Below are positions 13,211 through 25,260 of a DNA stretch of 64,000 bases, in pieces. The notes below the pieces were generated by a model. That model was not told where the DNA came from and made no database searches. It was given only the letters and a program-made list of their open reading frames with translations. The position numbers and the translations under genes were made by a program. The stretch is from Chiloscyllium plagiosum (taxonomy: Eukaryota): assembly GCF_004010195.1 (NCBI RefSeq), contig NC_057731.1, positions 13,044,145-13,108,144 on the forward strand, given 5' to 3'. Each line of letters opens with the position of its first letter. Position 1 is the first letter of the stretch.

Positions 13211-13439
13211 CTGCATGACTGCTTGTTGACTTTAACAGCTTTAAAGAACTCTATAAACCATCAAACACCTCCAACCAATCTATCAATAATTAACCTGAAA
13301 GAAACCAATATGCACTTTAAACAGCCATGGGCTCCTTTCCACTGCTAATGTAACAATTTTCTTGTAAAAGAGAATGAGTTTAAACAAAAAGGACAATTAG
13401 CTTAACATCTGTTATTGGTGAAATGTTAACGTCTCCTTT

Positions 13440-13845
13440 AAAGGATGTAATAGCAGAGCATTTAGAAATATGTATTGTGATCAAGCATGGCTCACAAAGA
13501 AGAAATCATGCCTGACAAACTTATTGCAGGAGTTAACAAGCAGACAAAGGAAACAATAGATACATTTTCATCAGATTTCCACATGGTGTTTGAAAAGACG
13601 ACAGTTTAAGCTACTTAATAAGATATGAACCCATATTGTTGGAGGTAGTATGTTAACATGATAGAGGATTGGCTAATCAATAGCAGATAGAGGTAGGATT
13701 TCAGGATGGCAATCTCTAACCAGTGGAGTGCCATGGGGCTCCTGTGATGGGCTGCGATTAATTACAATATATATTGGATAAGAAAAGTGGATGTACTGTA
13801 ACAAAGTTCGCAGATGACACAAAAATAGATAGGAAACAAGTGCTG
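13440..13845 (+). mobile_element. Old CR1 RT fragment
   Basis: Contains KFADDTKI (ORF 13774) and SGVP-like and SCLTNL-like sequence. Confidence 0.75.
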
Positions 13846-13877
13846 AAAATGACACAGGGAGTCTCAGAGGGGTGTGA

Positions 13878-13965
13878 GACAGACAGTCACACGAGGCTGG
13901 AATCGGACCTGGGACCCTGGTGCTGTGAGGCAGCAGTGCTAACCACTGAGCCACCGTGCTGCCCT
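13878..13965 (-). mobile_element. HE1 SINE head fragment
   Basis: Reverse complement of the tRNA-like head. Confidence 0.85.
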
Positions 13966-13977
13966 GACAGTGGTTAT

Positions 13978-14208
13978 GGGTGGCACAGTGGCTCAGTGGT
14001 TAGCACTGCTGCCTCACAGCACCAGGGACTCAGATACAATTCCACCCTCGGGCGATTGCGTGGAGTTCGGACATTCTCCCTGTGTCTGTGTGGGCTTCCT
14101 CCCACAGTCCAAAGATGTGCAGGTCAGGTGAATTGGCCATGCTAAATTGTCCATAGTGTTAGGTGCATTAGTAGGAGGGAAGTGGATCTGGGTGGGTTAC
14201 TCTTCAGA
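13978..14208 (+). mobile_element. HE1 SINE, truncated by gap
   Basis: tRNA head plus core gatgtgcaggtcaggtgaattggccatgctaaattg. Confidence 0.9.
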
Positions 14209-14670
14209 NNNNNNNNNNNNNNNNNNNNNNNNNNNNNNNNNNNNNNNNNNNNNNNNNNNNNNNNNNNNNNNNNNNNNNNNNNNNNNNNNNNNNNNNNNNN
14301 NNNNNNNNNNNNNNNNNNNNNNNNNNNNNNNNNNNNNNNNNNNNNNNNNNNNNNNNNNNNNNNNNNNNNNNNNNNNNNNNNNNNNNNNNNNNNNNNNNNN
14401 NNNNNNNNNNNNNNNNNNNNNNNNNNNNNNNNNNNNNNNNNNNNNNNNNNNNNNNNNNNNNNNNNNNNNNNNNNNNNNNNNNNNNNNNNNNNNNNNNNNN
14501 NNNNNNNNNNNNNNNNNNNNNNNNNNNNNNNNNNNNNNNNNNNNNNNNNNNNNNNNNNNNNNNNNNNNNNNNNNNNNNNNNNNNNNNNNNNNNNNNNNNN
14601 NNNNNNNNNNNNNNNNNNNNNNNNNNNNNNNNNNNNNNNNNNNNNNNNNNNNNNNNNNNNNNNNNNNNNN
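14209..14670. other. Assembly gap (462 N)
   Basis: Run of n. Confidence 1.
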
Positions 14671-15006
14671 GTCAAGTTTGAACGAGAAGGCAGAACGCCT
14701 TCTCCAACGAATGCATGCTTGTAGATTCGTTGTACCAGTTAAGATTCTGTGAATAAATTGCTGTCTGCGTCTAACCATAGTTGCCATTGTGAGCCTCTCC
14801 TTCCGAAAGAACACGCAAAGACGGGACCCCGCGGTTCCGTCTTAACACAACAGAGGAAACATCAAAGAAGCGCTTCGCAGGAGACTCTCAAGCACTGATG
14901 ATGTCGCCTAGCCAGGGGACGAAATGTTTGCAACAAAAACTTCCAGCTCGGCGAACAGAACCACAACAACGAGCACCCGAGCTACAAATCTTCGCACGAA
15001 CTTTGA
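14671..15006 (+). mobile_element. PLE fragment (third family) with pLTR hammerhead core
   Basis: gcaCTGATGAtgtcgcctagccaggggacGAAAtgtttgc at 14892-14931, followed by cttccagctcggcgaac..gagctacaaatcttc. Confidence 0.65.
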
Positions 15007-16020
15007 GCCACAAAATTGGAGGTTGACTTTCAGACATTCAATCAAGTGAATGTTTTCTGAGTTCAGTTAGTTAGAGACAATCACAATTTAGACTCAAAAT
15101 GCTTCACCAATGCTATTTGTTTCAGCTGCATGTGTGCCTGGTAGACTGCAGTGTAATAGCGAATGCGGCAGCTGAGATTTTTATTCACTTAACAATTAGT
15201 TCCTAACTCTTTATAAATCATGTAACAATAATTTAGACCCTTAAAGGTCCAGTGGTTGGGAGAGCAGAGATAGCCCTCAGTATGTACTGTGGGAACTTTT
15301 GGAAGTCTCCACACAGAGGCTCCAGGAGAATTAATTACATGGCAAATTTAAAGTTCGGATGACCGATTTGTCTGCTCCCAGGATACCTGAAACAAAACTC
15401 TCCCATTCTGGACTGTTTGATAGTTCTAACTGACCTATCTGGGTATTCATGCTGGAAAAGTCAGACAGAAAAAGTCCAACTCTAACTCTTGGGAAAGGAT
15501 GCAACTAACTCCCTTGACCTCGCACCAATCCCCTCATCCACCCATTCGTTCATCCTGATTACCCAAATATCTAAACCAATCCAACTATCTGTCCAGCTCA
15601 ACAAATGGCCAACTCGTGACTCAGAGACGATTTAATGAACCCAGATCTGACAACTCTTCCAAACTCAACCTGTATAAAACCCCTAAACGACCTACTCACT
15701 TCACCCATCTATCACCCTCAAACCACCTGCCTAACACCTCCCATTGGCAGGTACATCACTGGTGATACCGCCACTAGAATAGGCAGCAATGGTTTTAAAT
15801 TTTCTGAACACCCTTCCAGTCACAGCTGACAATATCAGACTGTGGATACAGAAAGATCTGGTCCAGACAAAACTGAAACAGTTGGTGGTGATGGGGAAAG
15901 CGAAAAGGCTGTCACAAACTGAACTGAAACCATTTTGGACTCAGAGAGACCAGATCACAGTAGAGGATGATATATTATCATGGAGAGTAAGAGTGATTGT
16001 CCTGAGTAAAGGTAACTGCC

Positions 16021-16360
16021 AGTGTACAAGATAATGAGTTGATAGCCAGAAACTTTTTCCCAGGGCAGAAACTATTAACACGAGGGGTCATAGTTTTAAG
16101 CTGATTGGTGGAAAGTATAGAGGAGATGTCAGAGGTGGATTCTTTACGCAGAGAGTTGTGAGAGCATGGAATACGCTGCCAGCAGCAGTTGTGGAAGCTA
16201 GGTCATTGGGGATATTTAAGACACTGCTGGACATGCATATGGTCACAGAAATGTGAGGGTTCGTACATTAGGTTTACCTTACATGAGGATCAATGGTCAG
16301 TACAACATCGTGGGCTGAAGGGCCTGTTCTGTGCTGTACTGTTCTATGTTCTATGTTCTA
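16021..16360 (+). mobile_element. CR1/HER1 3' fragment
   Basis: TRGHSFKL..FFTQRVVRAWN; (TTCTATG)n tail. Confidence 0.9.
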
Positions 16361-16770
16361 GATATATTTGAAGTATTCAAAACCATGGTTTAGATATGGA
16401 GCAAATGTTCCCACTTGTGAAAGGATCAGAAATACGAAGGTGCAGTTTGAAGGAAAGGCTACACTTGCTAACATCCAGGAACATGCTCACCAACAGCAAT
16501 ATCTCTCATAAATGTTTTTGATCAAGGAGTAAGAAATAACCAATAATTCCCAAGTAAGGAAAAACTTCTAATGAAAAAGGATTGTATTGGAAATGAGAAC
16601 TCGAGTTAAACAAGTTAGAATTTTAATTTTAATTTTTAAAATGTGACTTAATATGCGGTTGGCCATCATCATCAGATCGTTGGTGTCAACCAACTTACTG
16701 TTAAGGTAAATAGTGAAAGAGGCAAACGTGGTGAGGAAACACATTTTCATTCAGCATGTGATAAGGATGT

Positions 16771-16977
16771 TGAGTGTGGCGCTGGAAAAGCACAGCAGGT
16801 CAGGCAGCATCCGAGGAGCAGGTGAGTCATGTTTCCGGCATAAGCTTTTCATCAGGATTCCTGATGCCCGAAACGTCGACTCTCCTGCTCCTCGGATGCT
16901 GCCTGACCTACTGTGCTTTTCCAGCACCACTCTCTGGGCTCTGATCTTCAGCATGTGCAGTCCTCACTTTCTCCTCA
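16771..16977. mobile_element. PLE pLTR fold-back insertion
   Basis: Inverted arms gctggaaaagcacagcaggtcaggcagcatccgaggagcagg / cctgctcctcggatgctgcctgacctactgtgcttttccagc; TSD gtgataa(g/a)gatgt at 16758-16770 and 16978-16990. Confidence 0.85.
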
Positions 16978-18240
16978 GTGATAAAGATGTGGACTGTCCA
17001 AATTGTGATTGTGATGAAGGCAGGTTCAACTGAGGCATTCAAAAGGGAATTTGATGATTACTTTTAAATGTGCAGAGTTACGGACAGGAGTAAACAGAAT
17101 GGTTTTTGGGGAGTGATAGACTGAGTGGCCTTCCTCTGCACTGTAACAATTCCAGCATTCTGCGATGCTGTTGTGGATAGATGTTTTGGAAAAACTGTAC
17201 TTTAGGTTTACCTCACATGAGGATCTATACTGGTCTATACTGGCTGAACTCCACCAGGGTCATCCAGAAGTTTCCAAAATTGAAGACATTGGCGAGTAGT
17301 CATGTCTGGTAGCCAGGATTGGATGCATTGGTACACTAATGCCGAGACTGCCAATGAGGACACAAATTACTGTCAGCAGTACCCAACCTTCATGGGAATG
17401 GCTGGGTAAACCCTGTACTCATTGACTATGCAGGTGCTTTCATGGGCTCCATGTTCTTAGTCGTTGTGGGCACCCAATCAAAATGGCTGGATGTGCATAG
17501 AGTTCATTTATCAAACATGGAGGTGATGATAGAAAAACTGCACAAATCATTTGCAATACACTGACTCCCAGAAGTGTTGGTCACAGGTAACAGACAGGTA
17601 ACATCATTTAACAACAAGAAATTTGAGTATTTCCTAAAGCTGAATGGCATTTGGCATGTGAGGACAGTTCCATATTATCTACCGTCCAATGGTCTGGCAG
17701 AAAGAGCAATCCAAACTTTAAAGGCAAGCTTAAAGAAACTGCTTGCAGCTTCGCTAAATACCAAACTGTCCCAGTTCCTATTTGATTATTGGACCACACC
17801 TCATGCAATTCCAGGGCTAGCTCCAGCAGGGTTATTAATGGGGAGAAGACTCTACACCAGGTTAAATCTGATCTTCCCGGGCCAGGGGATGTGAGGCTGA
17901 ATAGCATCTGGAATACCAATGCTGGATGCAAGACTCTGCTAAGTGAGAGAGATTGTTTACTTTGGGGGATTAAATTGTTTTATAGAAACCACAGGAATGC
18001 CCCTGCATGGGGTGGAGGTAAGGCCAATGCAAGGTCAGGTGCCATGATGGTCCTGAACTAGTATGTGGACCATATGAAAGCTTGCAAACTTGCAAACTTA
18101 CTCTTTGACCGCTTTTCCGACTGTTCCAGACCTCGTGGGTTCTCTCTTTCTGTCAGTTGTTGAAAATACCTCAGAATCCGGGATGGACATGGCAGATGTC
18201 GTCACCTTGATGCCGAGAGAGGAGACTGAATTTCTTCCAA

Positions 18241-18445
18241 AGTTAAAAATTACACAACACCAGGTTATAGTCCAACAGGTTTAATCGGAAGCATTAGCTT
18301 TTGGAACGTCGCTCCTTCATCAGGTGGTTGTGGAAGTCACAATTGTAAGACACAGAATTTATCACAGAATTTATTTTGCTATAAATTCTGTGTCTTACAA
18401 TTGTTAACTTTGTACACCCAAGTCCAGCACCAGCATCTCCAATCA
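18241..18445. mobile_element. PLE pLTR insertion (second family) inside Gypsy
   Basis: 13-bp TSD gaatttcttccaa at 18228-18240 and 18446-18458; same family as 35912 and 36951-38356. Confidence 0.85.
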
Positions 18446-18724
18446 GAATTTCTTCCAAGATGTCTCTGGTGCAACAGGCAAGCTTGTTTGTGTTACATGC
18501 TGCCTGTATCAGAGGCAGAGTTGGAGAAACCTGACCTAGTGCTCAAGCACCCCAGGAGGAGCTACAAAAAAATAACAGAACTGGCCTATATCCTCAGACT
18601 CAGTAGGGGAGGGATGTAGTGATTGTAGCGAGCTCAGCCTGATGGACCTCATAGAATATGAGTTCCCTGATTGGATCAGGTTAATAGCCCCAATCAGGGA
18701 GTCCAGGCTGACAGATAGGAACCT

Positions 18725-19500
18725 GCCTTCATTGTTCAGTCCTTTGAGTATAGGAGTTGAGAAGTCATGTTGAGATTGTACAGGACATTGGTGAGACATA
18801 TTCAAGAATACGATGTCCAGTTCTTGTCGCCCAGTTATAGGAAGAATATTACTAAGCTGGAGAGGGTTCAGAAGAGATTTATCAGGGTGTTGGAGATTAT
18901 AAAGGTTTGAAGTTATAAAGAAAGGCTGGATAGTCTGGGACTTTTTTCACTGGAGAATAGGACATTGAGAGGCGGTCTTATAAAAGTTTATAAAATAACG
19001 AGGTGTATAGATAGAGTTAATAGTAGTTGCCTTTTCCCTAGGATAGGGATTTCAAGACTAGGGATTACTCCTTTAAGAAGAGAAGAGAGAGATCTAAAAA
19101 ATACATAAGGGGCAAATATTTTACATGGGGTGATGTGTGCAATGAACTTCCTGAGGAAGTGGCTACAGGTAAAATTACAACATTTAAAAGACATTTGGAT
19201 ATGTGCATGAATAGGAAAGATTTGGAGGTAAATGGGCCAGGAGCAGGCAGGTGGGACTAGTTTAGTTTGGAACTATGTTCAGTATGGACTGGTTGGACTG
19301 AAGGGTCTGTTTCCATGCTGTATAACTCTATGGTTCCTTGAAAGTGGAGTCACAGGTAGATAGGAGAGTGAAGAAGGTGTTTGGTATGCTTTCCTTTAAT
19401 GGACAGCACACTGAGTATAGGAGTTGGGAGATCAAGTTGTACCTGTACAGGACATTGATTAGGCCTTCTGGAATATTGTGTGCAATTCTGGTCTCTCTCC
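18725..19500 (+). mobile_element. CR1/HER1 fragments
   Basis: Degenerate KLERVQKRF..GLFSLE..RG; 3' tail ggactgaagggtctgtttccatgctg; second fragment LKVESQVDRRVKK. Confidence 0.85.
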
Positions 19501-19520
19501 TCGAATGCCAATGCAAGACT

Positions 19521-19790
19521 CTAGTGGCTCAGTGGTTAGCACTGCTGCCTCACAGCGCCAGGGACCCAGATTCGATTCCTGCCTCGGATGACTGACTGTG
19601 GAGTTTGCACCTTCTCCCCGTGCCTGTGTGAGTTTCCTCCGGGTGCTCCAGTTTCCTCCCACAATCCAAAGATTTGCAAGTCAGGTGAATTGGCCATGCT
19701 AAATTGCCCATAGTGTTGTGGGATATGTAGGTTAGGTGCATTAATCAGGGGAAATGTTGAGTGATAGGGGAATGGGTCTAAGTGGATCCT
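19521..19790 (+). mobile_element. HE1 SINE
   Basis: tRNA head plus conserved core. Confidence 0.9.
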
Positions 19791-20321
19791 CCAGCAGGAT
19801 CTTTGATCTGAGGTGGCAATGCTTATGTTATCCCATTAGGTGCAAATATTGTGGTATTGAAGAATCCAGCAGATTTTCTTTCAGTTAACTTATAGGCACA
19901 AAGATTGCACAAGATCATAATGAACAGGACTGATATTTAAATATTAGATGAGAATAGAGCAATATGCATCCAGTAGGGTGACATGCTTCAAGTAATCCGA
20001 GGTAAAATGGATTCTGAGATCTTATTATTCTCAGGCTACCTGCTATGATGCTGTGATAATATCATGAGCAAATCTCTTAAAGGTATACTGACCAAACTGT
20101 CTGTGAGACCTTACAAAACAGCACAGCACAGCACAAGCTTCACAGGTCAGTTGGACTTTTTGTATCATATTTGGCTTCAGTTTCTGATTATTATTCATGC
20201 TGTGAAATACTTTTGAGCTATAATCAGCTATTCAGGTTTTCTCTGTTAGCTGGCCTGCAATTATTTCACAAGCGCCAAATGTTTAATAAAACCAATAAAC
20301 CTTTCCACCTGTTTCTTACAG

Positions 20322-21762
20322 TGACACCGCAAGGGATTCCCTGAAAGAGAAACTGCTTCAGCTACAATGTCACTTCACGTGGACCCTGCAAGTAGAGGAT
20401 GTGGAGTGGGATGATTTGCAGGAACGAATACATTACACAATTGAGGCTGACATTGTGCAATATAAAGTCATGCCTTACAATCTACTTACTTTTGTCAACT
20501 GCGTACGAGGTAAACATGAGGAGGCATTCGATAATTTGTGGGAAGCTGAGGAGATTCTGAGGAAGGATCACAAGTCGAATGTTGAAAAGTGGAGCATCAT
20601 CACCTACGGAAACGCAGCCTGGGTCTATTACCACGTGGGAGAAGTGGCAGAGGCTCAGGCCTACCTCAACAAGCTGGAGAGGATCTGCCAACAGTTCCCT
20701 GATGCCTCTCGCTTTACAGCAATGACCCCTGAAGTATACGGGGAGAAGGGTTGGTCCCTGTTGAGATTTGGCTGGAAATATTATGAAGAGGCAAATGAGT
20801 GTATTGAGAAGGCTCTGGAAGCAGATCCTGATAACATTGAGTGGAATACAGCTCACGCAACCTCTCTGTTCCGACTTAAAGAAAATATTGGAGACCCTCA
20901 GTGTCCTGAGCACTGCAAAGTAGTGAAGCAGTTACAACGGGCATTGGAACTGAACCCAAAGGACTCTCTTCTCAAGGTCACGCTGGCTCTAAGACTACAA
21001 TATTTCAAACAGGAAGAGGAATCTCACAGATTGTTAGAAGATGTGCTCCTGAATTCTCCTGATGATCCCTATTTAATTCAATATGCGGCCAAAGCTTTAA
21101 GAGAGGAAGGATCTGTTGAACAATCCTTAGAGATGTTGAAAAAGGCACTGATGTTAAGACCAAACTCTGGGCTCCTTCACCACCAGATCGGTTTATGCTA
21201 CAAAAAGAAACTGTTTACACTGAAGAAAACACCTTATAAATATAATGCTTATGAGGAAAGGAAAAAACTGATTGAACTTTGCAAATATCATTTCCAAACA
21301 GCCTATGATCATAAACCCTCACTTGTAACTGCAATCCTTGATCTGGCAGAACTCTTTGCAGAATGCAAAGATTATTCCAAAGCTGATGAGATCTACGAAA
21401 ACCAGCTCAGAAATAAAGATTGCAACCGTATAAACAGACAGTTAATTCATTGGAAATATGGATTGCACCAGTTAAAAAGGAACGGATTCTTACAGAGAGC
21501 CATTTATCACTTCAAGGAATGCCTGAATCTCAAGGTGAAGAGCAAAATGGATATTCACTGTCGAGCAAAACTGAAAGAAATTGCTGAAGAACGATTGAAT
21601 GAATATTCAAGAGACAGTGTCGCCTTTGGTATATTGGGACTATTACATCAACTGGATGGCAAGAAATCCAAAGCCATTGAATTCTTTCAGCGAGCCCTGG
21701 AGTGCGATTGTGACAATGAAGAATTTCAAAGTGCTCTCAGTGAACTAAAGGAGTCTGCATAG
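20322..21762 (+). CDS. IFIT5: IFIT (IFIT5-like) copy 1, main coding exon 2
   Basis: Acceptor tttccacctgtttcttacAG at 20321; phase-2 exon reads (x)DTARDSLKEKLLQLQCHFTW.. with IFIT signatures CHFTW, YNLL, GNAAWVYYH, EKGWSLL, LHHQIGLCY and multiple TPRs; intact to TAG; 481 aa with the usual 5-nt exon 1. Family call is firm; orthology to mammalian IFIT5 is not established. Confidence 0.95.
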
Positions 21763-21781
21763 GAAAATATATCTCTGATGT

Positions 21782-21804
21782 TTCTGGGAAATTGATTCCG
21801 GGAA
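21782..21804 (+). promoter_or_regulatory. Two GAS-consensus sites just after the IFIT copy 1 stop codon
   Basis: TTCTGGGAA (21782-21790) and TTCCGGGAA (21796-21804), created by a 14-bp tandem duplication. Confidence 0.35.
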
Positions 21805-23089
21805 ATTGATTCCCATTTTTGGTGTGTGGTTTTGAGATAAATAGTTTTAAGATTAGCTGGCAGACCCATTCCACCAGACAGAAATGGGCAGCCAGTGTAA
21901 ATAAGAAAAGGTCCTATGTACAGAGGTTTCCCAGGCTTCTCCCCATTATAAAAAGCAACAGAGCATCCCTCCTCCATTTCCGCTCACTGTGTGGGGAGGC
22001 CAGCAACATCCTGGAGGTAGCCTCCTTGTACAATTGTCCATGGAGCCAATTGGAACTGGAGGTCCATGTGCTAAAGTGAGGGACAGAGCAGAGAAGGTTA
22101 CCTACAAATCCCAATGGGCCTCCAGGAGGACCCGGATTGCTCGGCCTCTCTGCTTTTATATCTTTGACTTTGCTCCATGTTAAGGTGCCCTCTCAGTCTC
22201 TGAGACCCAACCTGGCTCCATATTGCTCAGCTCACTCAATGAGATTTCAATGCTACTGGCTCTCTGGTTAGTAAAAACCATGTCCACCTGCAATTTTAAT
22301 CTGATGGTGAGGACGCATTCAGGCAATTCTCAATTAGAACCAGAAACATTGCTAAATCTGTCCCATGACCCGTAGTATGAACTCAGGATCCCTATATGAG
22401 CCTGACGCTGGCGACCCCTAGCCCAGTATAATATCCTGACCATTCATCAGTGTCACTTTGCCATTCATGTACTCTGTCATTCTCTATTTGTTCAGGCAAT
22501 AGTAATTGTAACCATAATTTTGGGAGTGAACAACTTTTGCACTAATGATATTAACTCATTTCAGTGACTGAAACCGAAAAGATCATGGTTAATGTTGTAT
22601 TTTTGACTCTTAAAACAAATGTACCAAACATGATGACAGTGATTAGTAAACAAAATGATGATTATTGAAGAACAGTAGAAATCTAGAAGAGTTCTTTATT
22701 TACCGTCATCAGTTCTAATGAACGCACCATATGGTAACTTGTGTCATTCCTGTGATTATGTATAACAAACTATTTGCATATTTAGCAATATATTAGTCAG
22801 TATATCTACAGCACAAAACACATTCCCCTTTCCCTAAATAGAACAATTTAGATAAATTATAACCTATTTACAAATAGAATAAGAAAATTGTCCTTATTTA
22901 CAAATGTATTATCACCTTCATTAATTGCACAAGTTTCTCTGAAAGTGTAGGTGGCGTGCTGACTCAACCTAATCTGGTAATAGTGAAACTTTGCTGAGAT
23001 TTGTGCTTGTCAACTCTTTCCTGTAGATGCGATGCCTGATTTGCCAACTATCTCGTTCTTGAATCTTATTCTCACTCTTTCCTGACACT

Positions 23090-24000
23090 GCAGGAGTGTT
23101 GGAGAGTCATGAAGCACAGAAGAGGCCCCTTGGCCCAATGAGTCCATACCTCCCTATCTATGCTAATGCCACTCTCCAGCACTTGCCCCATATCCTTGAA
23201 TGTTGTGCCATTTCAAGTGTTCATCTACACATCTTTTAAAAGCTGTGAGGTTTCCCAAATCAACTGTCCTCTTAGTCAGTGTATTCCAGATTCTCAACAA
23301 CCTCTGGGTGAAAAACAAAACTTTTCCTCAGGTCCTCTCTAAACCTCCTGCCTTTCACCTTAAAATTATGCCCCTTGTTATACAGGGTCTTGGTGAGGCC
23401 ACACCTTGACTATTGTGGGCAGTTTTGGTTTCCTAGTCCGAGCAAGGGAGGGAGTCCAGTGAAGGTTCACTCGACTGATTCCTGGGATGACAGGACAGAA
23501 TATGAAGAAAGATTGGATACTATTGGAAGGATGTTGTGAATCTTGAAAGGGTTCAGAAAAGGTTTACAAGGATATTGCCAGGGTTGGAGGATTTGAGCTA
23601 TAGGGAGAGGCTGAACAGGCTGGGGCTATTTTCCCTGGAGCGTTGGAGGCTGAGGGCTGACCTTACAGAGGTTTGTAAAATTATGAGGGGCATGGATAGG
23701 GTAAATAGACAAAGTCTTTTCCCCGGGGGTAGGGGAGTCCAGAACTATTGGGCATAGGTTTAGGGTGAGAGGGGAAAGATATAAAAGAGACCTAAGGGGC
23801 ATCCTTTTTACACAGGGGGTGGTGCGTCTATGGAATGAGCTGCCAGAGGAAGTGGTGGAGGCTGGTACGATTGCAACATTTAAGAGGCATTTGGATGGGT
23901 ATATGAATAGGAAGGGTTTGGAGGGATATGGGCCAGGTGCTGGCAGGTGGGACTAGATTGGGTTGGGATATCTGGTCGGCATGGATGGGTTGGACCGAGA
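23090..24000. mobile_element. CR1/HER1 fragments (minus ~23090-23380, plus ~23380-24000)
   Basis: NLERVQKRFTRILPGLEDLSYRERLNRLGLFSLE and VVRLWNELPEEVVEAG; reverse CR1 tail upstream. Confidence 0.88.
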
Positions 24001-24009
24001 AAGAGGAAG

Positions 24010-24530
24010 AGATTGAGAACATTGGGGCGAACATGGATGTCATAGTCCTGGTGCAGGGTGTTTGCTAAGTGGTGAGGTTTCCTGAGATAATGAGGACATG
24101 CAGGGTTAGAGGTGTGAGAGTTAGGGGTGGGTGAGAGAAGATGTTACAGGTAAATGCGAGAATGACAGAGCATGAGCCTTGCTGGGAGGTGGGTGCAGTA
24201 ACAGAGATAGAGTGAGGGTGAGACAGCAAGGAGGTCATTGGCCTTTTTTACAGCACTGCTGGCTGTTTGTCCACATTCTGGGGAAGGCACTGATCGGGTG
24301 GTGACTGGTGGTATTGCCTTATCTGCTGCTCCTCCAGGAAGAGGCTGACCCACTTTCTCACCACCGGCTTAACCAGAGCCCCCAGATCCCTGTCAGAGAA
24401 TCATAGTGCCACCTTTGTCTTTCCCAGTATGTTCCCAATCTGTCCCTTGACCCATCATGGCAACTTTGGCATACCAGCTTTCATCTCGATGCATAGGGCC
24501 TTTTAAAGATGGTGTGGGCACCAGGGATAC
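24010..24530 (-). mobile_element. Harbinger Myb/SANT-like remnant
   Basis: Minus strand reads FSDRDLGALVKPVVRK...VKKANDL. Confidence 0.4.
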
Positions 24531-24980
24531 AATTAGAAAAACTCCCTCCAGAAAACTCAACACAAACTGCATTTAATCAACAAAAAGAAAAGATTCAACT
24601 CAGAGTAAGGTAAGGAATGGTTGGAGACTGGGGATAGTCCATTGCTTGCCTTCTTCTTCAGATGGAAAATAGACTGGGGAAGTGGAGGAAAACCTGGGAA
24701 CAGCTCTTTCCCACTTTGGCTAGAAAGTAGGATACCACTATCACAGACCACTGAGATTAACTCTAAATGCCAAACATCCATTCCTCTCTGGGATCTGTGA
24801 ACCACCTTGAACTCTTATTGATTGGATCCTTTTCTTGCCTGTTTAGCTCATACATTCCACATCTAAACTACTCATACCTAAACTACTGCTTCTTCATAAA
24901 CATAGTAAGCATATGCGACTACCTGTCTTAGACATTTGTGTCTCCTGAACCCCATACTTACCGCAATGATTGCCACCCAT

Positions 24981-25260
24981 GGGGCGGTACGGTGGCTCAG
25001 TGGTTAGCACTGCTGCCTCACAGCCGCCACACACCCGGGTTTGATCCCTGCCTCGGGTGACTGTGTGTGTGGAGTTTGCACATTCTCCCTGTCTCTGTGT
25101 GAGTTTTCTCTGGGTGCTCTGGTTTCCTCCCAAAATGCAAAGATGTGCAGGTCAGGCGAATCGGCCATGCTAAATTGTACATAATGTTAGGTGCATTGGT
25201 CTGGGTTGGTTGCTCTTTGGAGGTTCGGTGTGGCCTTGTTGGGCTGAAGGGAATCTAATC
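24981..25260 (+). mobile_element. HE1 SINE
   Basis: tRNA head, core, aatctaatc tail. Confidence 0.9.

Larger units (their letters stand above)
15770..18720 (+). mobile_element. Degenerate Gypsy/Ty3 LTR retrotransposon (integrase, PPT, 3' LTR start) with nested insertions
   Basis: 15789: LNFLNTLPVTADNIRLW..D..ITVEDDILSW..RVIV; ~17236: ILAELHQGHP (HHCC region); 17574-17894: SNGLAERAIQTLK..FLFDY.TTPH..APA.LLMGRRL (rve); polypurine tract aggggaggga then TGTAGTG LTR start at ~18616. Confidence 0.85.

Noticed and set aside
20482-20913. Antisense ORFs of ~145 aa repeated in all three IFIT copies (also 31196-31645 and 49832-50263)
   Set aside because: Shadow frames of near-identical coding sequence; no independent domain or start signal.
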